Virus record (IMG/VR): IMGVR_UViG_3300036904_000011
Span: 1-31,804 of that record
Source: a virus
Lineage: Duplodnaviria > Caudoviricetes
Strand: one strand, 5' to 3'
Length of the DNA stretch: 31,804 nt
Part shown: one piece after another, positions 24,901-31,804 of the stretch
How positions within the stretch are numbered: position 1 is the stretch's first letter
Layout of the letters: every line of letters begins with the position of its first letter
The notes under the pieces: model-generated
Told to the model about the DNA's origin: nothing
Databases searched by the model: none
What the model saw: the letters and a program-made list of their open reading frames with translations, nothing else
Program-made: the position numbers and the translations under genes

Positions 24901-25734
24901 TCAGGAACAGCAACTACTACTCCGGCAGCAGCTACAATTCAAGGAGTGTCAGCCGTTACAGGTTCGGCATCGGTGAAGACCGCACCTATTTTCACGGCGG
25001 TAGCAGATGGAACTAATGTCTCGGTGCTTACAGCTACAGGAACCGCCCCCGCTACATCGACATTCTCGCTTCCCGTTGCTTCTGTGATGTATGCCGGGGC
25101 TACTCCTACTGCGCTTGGTACACCAAATACTTTTGGAACTACAGCTATTACCGGAAATGCTCTAGGTGTTAATGCATCATTGTTCATGGGGACCACGCTT
25201 GCTCGTACTAATCAAACTACGACTGCTACTGGAGTCGTTGATGTTAATATAGTTGGAAGTTTAGGAGTAACCAACTCTGCTACTAACGGATCATTTTTCC
25301 GTTTAACAGATAATACAACTGCCCTCACGGCAGCGGTGTCATCGCTAGGAACAGCGCCAACAGGAACCGGCGTAATGGCTGTAAACTCCGTGTTACTTCC
25401 ATCAGCAGCGTCCGGGGCGTCTTGCACACTGTTTAGCAACTCAACGGTAACCACAGCAGTTGTTGCAAAAGCATCAGCAGGAAATTTATATGGGTGCTTG
25501 GTTAATGGGGGAACATCGGGAAACTTTTTACAGTTTATAAATGCATCATCTGCACCAGCGTTGGGCACTGCACCTGTATTTAGTATACAAATACCTGCAT
25601 CTGGAATAATAAGCATACCTCCAGGAGTGTTCGCACTAGACAATTTTACTTCTGGAATAAGTGTAGGTATATCCACTACTTACAATGGAGCATCGGCGGG
25701 AACAGCCGCATCCGTAGTGTTGTTTTACAAATAA
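21997..25734 (+). CDS. large S/T/A/G-rich virion surface or fibre-like protein with NHL-type beta-propeller (1245 aa)
   Basis: Repeated VSNFP and VTGTFWQ units; seven [AG][FIV]DS.GN.WV blades at about 23940-24790. Confidence 0.75.
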   Translation: MAQLNPQKLPAYNALISGTGFVSADVIPLTNYDGLAVCILDGNGNQITTFGGGSGTQYTYGTVNTTPIGTVAFGQTPSNVLQSLSLDSSGNLKVNIASGSSSGVQYADDVASGATPTGTLGMGWDSINAVVRALKVDTTQNLYVNVSNFPSTQNVNIQNSSIAVTGTFWQATQPVSISGTVATSSAQLPAALDGSGNLKVAVENSPSVSVSNFPSTQPISGTIAVSNFPSTQAVTGTFWQTIQPVSQSGAWTVATNADSPRAGGIAPSTALVIGGTYNNPRLGLTAGQSAGLSIDSDGTLLVQVVDWTAGTLTISGTVTANQGTANTAANAWPSYITVSGSAIDPRQIRALTSSDQITISNSSIAVTGTFWQTTQPVSGSVSVSNFPATQAVSWSGQSVAVTGTVTVSGTVASTQSGTWTNTVTQATGTNLHAVIDSGSVTITGTPAISGTVTANQGTANTAANAWPTATIVSGAAIDPRQIRALTSADVVSLPTAQVTTLTPPTAAAIGTAVAAPTAAAIASAIVANPPTTPLPTGQVTTLTPPTAAAIGSAVASALTNPLPVSIAATVNTSDAHAYAIGSTTSGQSGFLEFGAVTSTNPVYTTATSEPLSLSQIGALRADATAWGGTAVSAPTVFGVSPISSSGTTSTYATTGASSPSALAFDSSGNAWVGGNNGVVQLSPTGTILQTLTPTGNIRGVAVDSSNNVWVGDNTANSIIEYSSAGALLNTYTTGIHGPRIIAFDSLGNLWVPNNGSNTLVKLSSGGTVLATATVGNGPFAVAIDASNNAWVSVQNTSSVVKVSNSGTILGTFALATGADPYCIAIDANQNIWTANFGNGTVNVLSNAGVILQTITLPTGAKPISIAIDSLGNAWVSGGTGGDNNIHVISPGGAVIASYPTGASPYDVGIDSSGNVWVTNETANSVTKLSGYSTSTGIATNASLFSGITPLTNTAGALNVNVSSGSISVSGTATTTPAAATIQGVSAVTGSASVKTAPIFTAVADGTNVSVLTATGTAPATSTFSLPVASVMYAGATPTALGTPNTFGTTAITGNALGVNASLFMGTTLARTNQTTTATGVVDVNIVGSLGVTNSATNGSFFRLTDNTTALTAAVSSLGTAPTGTGVMAVNSVLLPSAASGASCTLFSNSTVTTAVVAKASAGNLYGCLVNGGTSGNFLQFINASSAPALGTAPVFSIQIPASGIISIPPGVFALDNFTSGISVGISTTYNGASAGTAASVVLFYK

Positions 25735-25763
25735 TATGTAAATGGTAAATATTAGGAGAGAAT

Positions 25764-25910
25764 ATGAACATTGATGTGAACGAGTTGATTTCAGAAATTG
25801 GAAGATTGCACATTCAGATTATTTTGCTACAAAAGGCTTATTCTGATTTACAATCGCAGTTTGCAACGGCCAAAGCTGTTACAACTGAAAATATCGTACA
25901 AGGTGAATAA
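25764..25910 (+). CDS. 48-aa coiled-coil protein
   Basis: AGGAG RBS; MNIDVNELISEIGRLHIQIILLQKAY...; fills the gap between two genes. Confidence 0.7.
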   Translation: MNIDVNELISEIGRLHIQIILLQKAYSDLQSQFATAKAVTTENIVQGE

Positions 25911-25912
25911 AT

Positions 25913-26749
25913 ATGGTACAAACCAATGGTCCATTCTTGACTCTTGAACAAGCCGAAAACTTAGGGGTACTTGATACCATCGAGGGCATCGAGAGTCAAG
26001 GTGCCGATCATCCTCTAAAGGCAGTTAGATATGTGGATTCACCAAAAAAGGTTAAACCGGGAGAACACGGAATGGCAGATATTGCTAATGAACTAAAAGA
26101 TACGTTTTCAAAGGTGGTAAATGCCCCTGTAAAAGCCGTGTCAGATGCCGTAGACACTGTAAAGAAATATACTGGATTTGGTCCTAAACCGACTGTTGAG
26201 TCCCAACCGGACAAGCCAGATGCAGGATGGCACAGCGATATGGTCAACAAAGCCAATGCATCTTTCAAGAATAAACCAACAGCGCCTGCCCCTGCAAAGA
26301 AACCTAGTTACAAACATGGTACAGATTTTGTTCCTGAAACGGGAGACGCCAAGTTACACAAAGGCGAAGCGGTGTTAAAGAAAGAAGATGCCGACAAATA
26401 CAGAGAGGCAAAGATGCACGGAACAATGGACGATTTGAGAGAATCTCTTGGTGGTGACCACAAGCCTAAGAAAGAGATTCATGAGATTAAGACACGTAAG
26501 GCCAAGAGCGGCGGGTTTATCCACACCCACACGCATACCCATCCGGCTCACCATCCTGATGAGGAGCACGTAAGTAAAGACATGGCAGCACTACATGATC
26601 ACATGGAAGATGCATTTGGAACCCCTAATCCCGGAGAGGCTGAGGCTGATGCGGGACAGAGCGGTATTCCTACAGGAGCAGGCGCAGGCGCAGGCGCTCC
26701 CCAAGGCGGGACACCAGCAGGCGGTCCACCTTCGCCAGTAATGGGTTAA
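25913..26749 (+). CDS. His-rich, largely disordered protein
   Basis: YKHGTDFVPETGDAKLHKGEAVL motif, HTHTHTHPAHH tract, Gly/Pro tail. An alternative internal start at MADIANEL is possible. Confidence 0.8.
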   Translation: MVQTNGPFLTLEQAENLGVLDTIEGIESQGADHPLKAVRYVDSPKKVKPGEHGMADIANELKDTFSKVVNAPVKAVSDAVDTVKKYTGFGPKPTVESQPDKPDAGWHSDMVNKANASFKNKPTAPAPAKKPSYKHGTDFVPETGDAKLHKGEAVLKKEDADKYREAKMHGTMDDLRESLGGDHKPKKEIHEIKTRKAKSGGFIHTHTHTHPAHHPDEEHVSKDMAALHDHMEDAFGTPNPGEAEADAGQSGIPTGAGAGAGAPQGGTPAGGPPSPVMG

Positions 26750-26752
26750 GTT

Positions 26753-27229
26753 ATGATGCCACTTAGAAACAGCATGGACCCTTCTAAATTAGACGGGGAT
26801 GATCCAGCGCGACCAAAGCCCGGTTCGGGACCATCATTGTTTGGTGGACAGCCTCCAAAAGCCGTGAATAATCCGGTTGGAGGATTAGGAGAAAGATTAC
26901 CGACTGCACCTACCGGGCCATTCGCCGCAAGGCCGAACAGCTTCAAGTATGGTGGAAAAGTCGAGAAGACCGGATTAGCTCTGGTCCACGAAGGAGAACA
27001 TATCGTGCCAGCAGACAAACATGATGAACACCCAAAACACAATGTATCTTTGTACCGTGTGATCCATCATATGAACAAAGGCGGCCTCCATCGTGCGCTC
27101 AATATACCGGAGGGTGAAAAAATTCCCGCCGATAAATTGGAGGCCGCATCTCATTCTTCAAACGAGCATATCCGTCATATGGCTGGATTCGCACACACGC
27201 TTGAAGGTTTTCACCACGGTAAGAAATAA
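26753..27229 (+). CDS. His/Pro-rich protein sharing a motif with the upstream gene
   Basis: FKYGGKVEKTGLALVHEGEHIV and KGGLHRALNIPEGEKIP. Confidence 0.8.
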   Translation: MMPLRNSMDPSKLDGDDPARPKPGSGPSLFGGQPPKAVNNPVGGLGERLPTAPTGPFAARPNSFKYGGKVEKTGLALVHEGEHIVPADKHDEHPKHNVSLYRVIHHMNKGGLHRALNIPEGEKIPADKLEAASHSSNEHIRHMAGFAHTLEGFHHGKK

Positions 27230-27302
27230 GGTTTGCAATCGTGCTAAAGATGTGATGGGTAAAGAAGAATTCCTTGATTGGATAGGGAGAGTATACAATC
27301 AT
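27228..27302 (+). pseudogene. C-terminal remnant of an HNH-type endonuclease
   Basis: Reads KVCNRAKDVMGKEEFLDWIGRVYNH, matching the CN..K..M...EF..W tail of phage HNH proteins; no credible start. Confidence 0.55.
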
Positions 27303-30300
27303 GCAGTTATCAAAACTGGAACAACTGTACGAACATTGCCGCAATCTACCAAATTATCAATTCCGTGAGATGTCCGATTTTGAGTTTTTAGAGAAAGCCG
27401 GTAAAAGTATTAATAAGTTAACACCAGAACAACAAGGGAAAGTATACGATTCATGGGCAAAACAGATTGGAAAAAAAGACAAGACTGAGTTGACGAATGA
27501 TGAAATTTTCACGGTATCAAAATACCGATTTCTTTGTCAGACAAATCTTTATTTCCTGTGCCATCTGTTAGAGAGATATAACAACATCACTCTCAAGACT
27601 CATGAAGACATTTGTAACGACTTTTTCGTACAGAAAGACCCTACATTTATCACGTTTGATCAGTTTGCTGATCAATATGTGGACCTGAAGCAGAGATTGC
27701 TCTTGGTTCCTCGTGGCGGCTTCAAAGCCTTAGACTTAGATACTGAAATTCCAACTCCAAATGGATTTCGTCTACTTAGAGACATACATGTAGGGGATAA
27801 AGTATTCGGCAGCAATGGCAGGGTGTGCAACGTAACTGGAGAGAGTAATGTCTTCACTGATAGAGAATGTTTTTCAGTAGAATTCTCTAGCGGTGAAAGT
27901 ATCATTGCCGATGCAGATCATTTGTGGGTTACCGATACACGAAAGGACAGAGACAGGCTCAAAGGCAGAAATGGAAAAACTCAAGGCGCACGTCCTTCGG
28001 TAAAAACTACGAAAGAAATTAGTGAAACGCTGATGTGCAGAAAAGAGCACAACCATAGGGTTAAAGTAGCAGGAGCTATTCAATTAGAGGAAAAATCTCT
28101 AATCATCGACCCTTATGTTCTTGGATGCTGGCTTGGAGACGGAACATCTTCTTCCTCTAATATCACTAGCTATGATATTCAAATAGTTGAAGAAATTTCT
28201 AAATACGAAACAATTAGAGAATCAGATTACACGAAAAACCTCTATGTATGTAACGGCGGTAAGTATCACAAGGACTACCGAAAGAAAAGTGGAGTTTCCC
28301 TTGCCAGCAGGCTTAGGTCATTAAATGTACTAAACAATAAGCACATACCTGATGCCTATCTATTTGGATCGTATGAACAAAGACTATCTCTTTTACAAGG
28401 ATTAATGGACACCGATGGAACCTGTGATAAGAGAGGAAAATGTTATTTTTCTAATACCAATAAAACGCTTGCCTACCAAGTTCGTCAACTTATTGCATCT
28501 TTAGGTTTTAAACCGTACAAAATGTGTGAATTTGATGCAACTTTAGACGGAAGATTTATTGGAAAGGGTTACCAAGTAGGTTTTACTGCCTATAAGCAAG
28601 TGCCGGTATTTAGATTACTACGCAAGTTAAATCGTCAACAAGAACGGAAAAAATCGAGCCTCTCGGGGCATCGACAAATTTTGGCAGTTAACTCGGTAGA
28701 AAGCCGCCCAACAAAATGTCTAATGGTGGATTCAGATGATCACACCTATTTGGTCGGCAGGTCTTTTATCACCACACACAACAGTTCATTGAACATGGCG
28801 GATTGCGTACAGTGGATCATTTGTTACCCGGCGATCACAGTCGCGGTTCTTACTGGTGTTTTACAACTGGCAAAAGACTTTGTTGGTGAAATCAAAATGC
28901 ATTTCACTTACACTGAATCTGGAACTGACAGTAAGGGTAAGGCAACTTACGGAACTAGGCAGTTACAGAATAAGCAGACCGGAGAGTGGTCAAACAGTTT
29001 ATTTCAAGTGTTGTTTCCAGAACATTGTCTATCTCCTTTAGAAGGTAATCAACTAGAATTTCAGACTCCAGCGGCGGAAGAGGCTAAAGAGCCTACTGTA
29101 AGAGCGGCATCTATTGATCAAGCCTTGTCAGGAAGTCACTTTAACATTCTCAAGTTAGACGATGTTATTACCAATGAGAACACTAAGACACAAGCCCGTA
29201 TGAAGGATACTATTAAGCAGATCAGTATCAACAACGGACTTTTGAATCCTAACGGTTTTTACGATGTAATCGGGACGTGGTACGATGAGTTGGATTACTA
29301 TGGTAATACGGTCAAGAAGATCGAGAAGCGTGCTAAAGATGAAGGTCTACAGGATGCTATTAAAGGGTCCGTAGATAGTGGAAGATTCAACACCAATATT
29401 GGATTTAAAGTTTATTTGCGTGCCTGCTGGTGGCCTACAAAAGCTGCTGAGCTTGCAGGTAAGATTGAAGAGGAAATGATAAAAGCTGACTGGGAATTAT
29501 GGTTTCCAGAGCGTATGAGCTATGAATGGTTGCTCGAAAAGCAGAAGGGCGATTCAGAGCTAGATGACGAAGACGGAGATACTGGGTTCTTTGCGATCAA
29601 GTATTTGAATAACCCCAGAAAAATCAATCGCATCAAGTTTCCACGCGAACTGTTAATTAGAAGGACCATACCACACACGCAATTCCCATCACAAGGCATT
29701 GTAGTGACAACCGTTGATACGGCATATAGCACTAAGTCGTGGGCAGATTTTACAGTTATTCTGACAGCTTTAATCTTTGGCGGTCGTTTTTATATCATAA
29801 ACATGGCAAGAGGTCGATACAATGAATACGACTTACCAAAAGTAATTGCCAATGTTGGATATAAATGGAAGCCAAGAAGGATCGCCATTGAAGACTCAGT
29901 CGGTGTTAAATGGATGGGGCGTGAACTTAGACGTGAAATGGATTCCCTTAAAATATCCATCCCAGTTGAATTTTGCACCCTTGGATTTGGTAGCAAACTC
30001 AGATCAAAGCAACTTAAAGCGAAGCCAGTCTTACGGCTTTTGGGGGATGAAAGGCTTTACTTCCTTAACTCTTGTGAAGGATTAGAAGAAATCTACAACG
30101 AGATGGAGAAGTTTACCGGAACGTCTGAAGACGCCCATGACGACATTATATCAGCATTGTCTTTGCTAGTCGAGCAATTCGGAGGCTACGCAGAAATGGA
30201 CTCACGGATTAATTCAGTAAATCAGGATTATGCATCTAATCAACAAATGCAAGATGCATATAATAGGATGTACTGTCTAGGAAAGTACTCTAATCTTGCT

Positions 30301-30402
30301 CAAGAAAATGAAAATCCGGCTACTCAATATGAATTGCAGAATTCGAATGCATTTGCTGTCCAAGAGAGTTATCACGATCCACTTGCAGAGCTAATGCACT
30401 AA
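27301..30402 (+). CDS. terL: terminase large subunit, intein-containing
   Basis: Walker A PRGGFK|SS split by the intein, Walker B LKLDDV, IGTWY coupling motif, nuclease VDTA...DFT and HDD; upstream of the portal gene. Confidence 0.93.
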   Translation: MQLSKLEQLYEHCRNLPNYQFREMSDFEFLEKAGKSINKLTPEQQGKVYDSWAKQIGKKDKTELTNDEIFTVSKYRFLCQTNLYFLCHLLERYNNITLKTHEDICNDFFVQKDPTFITFDQFADQYVDLKQRLLLVPRGGFKALDLDTEIPTPNGFRLLRDIHVGDKVFGSNGRVCNVTGESNVFTDRECFSVEFSSGESIIADADHLWVTDTRKDRDRLKGRNGKTQGARPSVKTTKEISETLMCRKEHNHRVKVAGAIQLEEKSLIIDPYVLGCWLGDGTSSSSNITSYDIQIVEEISKYETIRESDYTKNLYVCNGGKYHKDYRKKSGVSLASRLRSLNVLNNKHIPDAYLFGSYEQRLSLLQGLMDTDGTCDKRGKCYFSNTNKTLAYQVRQLIASLGFKPYKMCEFDATLDGRFIGKGYQVGFTAYKQVPVFRLLRKLNRQQERKKSSLSGHRQILAVNSVESRPTKCLMVDSDDHTYLVGRSFITTHNSSLNMADCVQWIICYPAITVAVLTGVLQLAKDFVGEIKMHFTYTESGTDSKGKATYGTRQLQNKQTGEWSNSLFQVLFPEHCLSPLEGNQLEFQTPAAEEAKEPTVRAASIDQALSGSHFNILKLDDVITNENTKTQARMKDTIKQISINNGLLNPNGFYDVIGTWYDELDYYGNTVKKIEKRAKDEGLQDAIKGSVDSGRFNTNIGFKVYLRACWWPTKAAELAGKIEEEMIKADWELWFPERMSYEWLLEKQKGDSELDDEDGDTGFFAIKYLNNPRKINRIKFPRELLIRRTIPHTQFPSQGIVVTTVDTAYSTKSWADFTVILTALIFGGRFYIINMARGRYNEYDLPKVIANVGYKWKPRRIAIEDSVGVKWMGRELRREMDSLKISIPVEFCTLGFGSKLRSKQLKAKPVLRLLGDERLYFLNSCEGLEEIYNEMEKFTGTSEDAHDDIISALSLLVEQFGGYAEMDSRINSVNQDYASNQQMQDAYNRMYCLGKYSNLAQENENPATQYELQNSNAFAVQESYHDPLAELMH
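27727..28782 (+). mobile_element. class 3 (Ala-start) intein with LAGLIDADG homing endonuclease, 352 aa
   Basis: Starts ALDLDTEIPTP and ends TTHN|S. Block B ADADHLW, block F TKCLMV, block G Thr. Endonuclease motifs LGCWLGDG and LQGLMDTDG. Confidence 0.92.
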
Positions 30403-30464
30403 TGTTCTTGTAAAACTATTTATAAGAATGCTACCAGAAACGTATATGAATACGCGAGGTTCCG

Positions 30465-30629
30465 ATGGCTGAAAGAAGTGTTGAGTTGATCAAGCAGGCC
30501 CTTATACGAGAGTATGAAAAGTTGGCAACCGGCGAGAAGGTACATTCAAAAGCATTCTCGCTTTGGATACTTGGACGATATGCGGATTTGCTGTACAAGT
30601 TGTATTTGAAGGCAGAAAACAAAGGATAA
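30465..30629 (+). CDS. hypothetical protein (54 aa)
   Basis: GAGG RBS; MAERSVELIKQALIREYEKL... Confidence 0.55.
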   Translation: MAERSVELIKQALIREYEKLATGEKVHSKAFSLWILGRYADLLYKLYLKAENKG

Positions 30630-30632
30630 TTG

Positions 30633-30746
30633 ATGCACGTTTATTTGATTCAGAACTTGGTGAATGGAAAGTACTATGTCGGGCAACACTATCGACTAGC
30701 TAAGTTAAATGCTCTGGAGGAACAGAATGTCTTTGATACAGCCTGA
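30633..30746 (+). pseudogene. N-terminal remnant of a GIY-YIG endonuclease
   Basis: MHVYLIQNLVNGKYYVGQ, then loss of similarity and a stop after 37 aa. Confidence 0.7.
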
Positions 30747-30960
30747 TTCCACTAATCCTAATAGAGATTTGGTGGTAACTGATTACAAATCAGACGGCAC
30801 GTTAAAAAACTCAGATGCAGAAGTTAGTTTGGTAGTAGGTTCAGCCAGCAAAGCTGAAGCATATATAGCAGGAAAACAATTCGCTTTAATGTGGCGCGAT
30901 TCGGATTTACTATATAACTCACCCCGTCCGCTATCAGTTTTCGAAAATACTTACATCCTT
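30727..30960 (+). CDS. portal protein, exon 1
   Basis: ATG 30727 after GGAGG; ends ...FENTYIL at the 5' splice site. Confidence 0.8.
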
Positions 30961-31174
30961 TGCTAAATGGCTTGGGGATGTTTAAACCCACTCTAATTGA
31001 CTTGAACGCTGAAATGCCAACAAGGGCGAAGTCGCAAGACACGCTGAGAGACTAAACGAGAGGGCATCTAGAAATAGGTGATGCGATAGTCCGTTCTCAT
31101 GGGAATAACAACCATGAGAGTTAGACAGAAATGATCTAACTCAATGACGTAAGTTGTTGATAACAAAGGTAAGG
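30961..31174 (+). mobile_element. ORF-less group I intron (214 nt)
   Basis: P1 ACATCCTT/GGGGATGT with a terminal U-G pair, P10 TGGCTT/GAGCCA, P7 elements GAGAGACTA and ATAGTCC, terminal G at 31174. Removal restores the reading frame. Confidence 0.9.
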
Positions 31175-31804
31175 GAGCCAAACGTTGTCCGCTTTACTGT
31201 AGCTAAAGTAGTAAATGCTATTGTACCTCAATTATATAAAGGTTTGTTCTATCAAGACCCTCCAATGATACTTAGACCTAGACCGGGAACATCACAAGAT
31301 GTTACTGATTCTAAGACTTCAATGATTTCCTACTTACTTGATGATTGTAAATTCAAGGAAGAAACCAAGTTGGGATTGGAGCAAATGGTGTTCTTAGGTA
31401 CAGGCATTTGGAAGTGGGGAATTACATACAAAGAGATTATCACCAAGAAACGCAAAGCCACATCGACCAGAATACAATCATCAACATCAGTTCCAAACGC
31501 GGATTCTTCTAATCTAAGCATACCAACAGACGATGCTCCACAGATCACTGTTAGTAAACGGTATGCGCCTAGGCCATATCTAGAATCAAGAGACATCAGT
31601 AGAGTTTTAGTTGACCCACAATGCCCGGTAGGAGACATTAGAAGGGCAGATTGGGCAGTTGATGTCAGATACATGAATTTTTACCAATTGCAAGACTTGA
31701 TTCGAGGCATAGCAGAATTACCAGAAGATCACCCTGACAAGAAAGGTTGGGTGCTTCCATCTGAAGCAGATTTAAAGATGTGGTTTATTCCACCAACGGA
31801 TGCT
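31175..31804 (+). CDS. portal protein, exon 2 (continues past the window)
   Basis: Open frame EPNVVRFTVAKVVNAIVPQLYKGLF...GTGIWKWG...VLVDP; position after terL and portal-like motifs. Confidence 0.8.

Larger units (their letters stand above)
638..30455. repeat. Dispersed palindrome family GCGTAY-N3/4-ATACGC (about 19 copies)
   Basis: Copies start near 638, 1763, 3196, 4078, 4725, 6306, 6994, 7163, 8081, 8171, 8348, 9010, 11687, 11908, 14291, 14320, 17865, 19967 and 30441. Most are intergenic. Confidence 0.85.

Overview
A 31.8 kb segment of a large tailed dsDNA phage, read in the standard genetic code. Bases 1-18119 run on the minus strand. They start with an accessory region of small genes and an operon of Ycf46-like AAA ATPase, DUF1257-like, DUF2997-like and DUF3150-like genes, plus two paralogs of an 11-residue-repeat protein. 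Then come two metallophosphoesterases and a truncated copy, a tRNA cluster (Tyr, Leu, Ser, CAT, Pro, His, degenerate Thr) with a circularly permuted two-piece tmRNA and several unexplained structured RNAs, and a family A DNA polymerase. From 18227 the plus strand carries RNase HI, a candidate large ncRNA, JAB/MPN and CX5R phosphatase genes, and a tRNA with an internal duplication. It continues with a 1245-aa virion-type protein, a terminase large subunit with a class 3 intein, and a portal gene split by a 214-nt group I intron. The most striking signals are four: a shared C-terminal G-R-[RK]-x-R-D-E-(V) tail on three unrelated proteins, an AAA+ module with Walker B placed before Walker A, the permuted tmRNA with a 36-codon acidic tag, and about 19 dispersed copies of a GCGTAY-N3/4-ATACGC palindrome. 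Family names come from motif recognition by eye, not from database searches.
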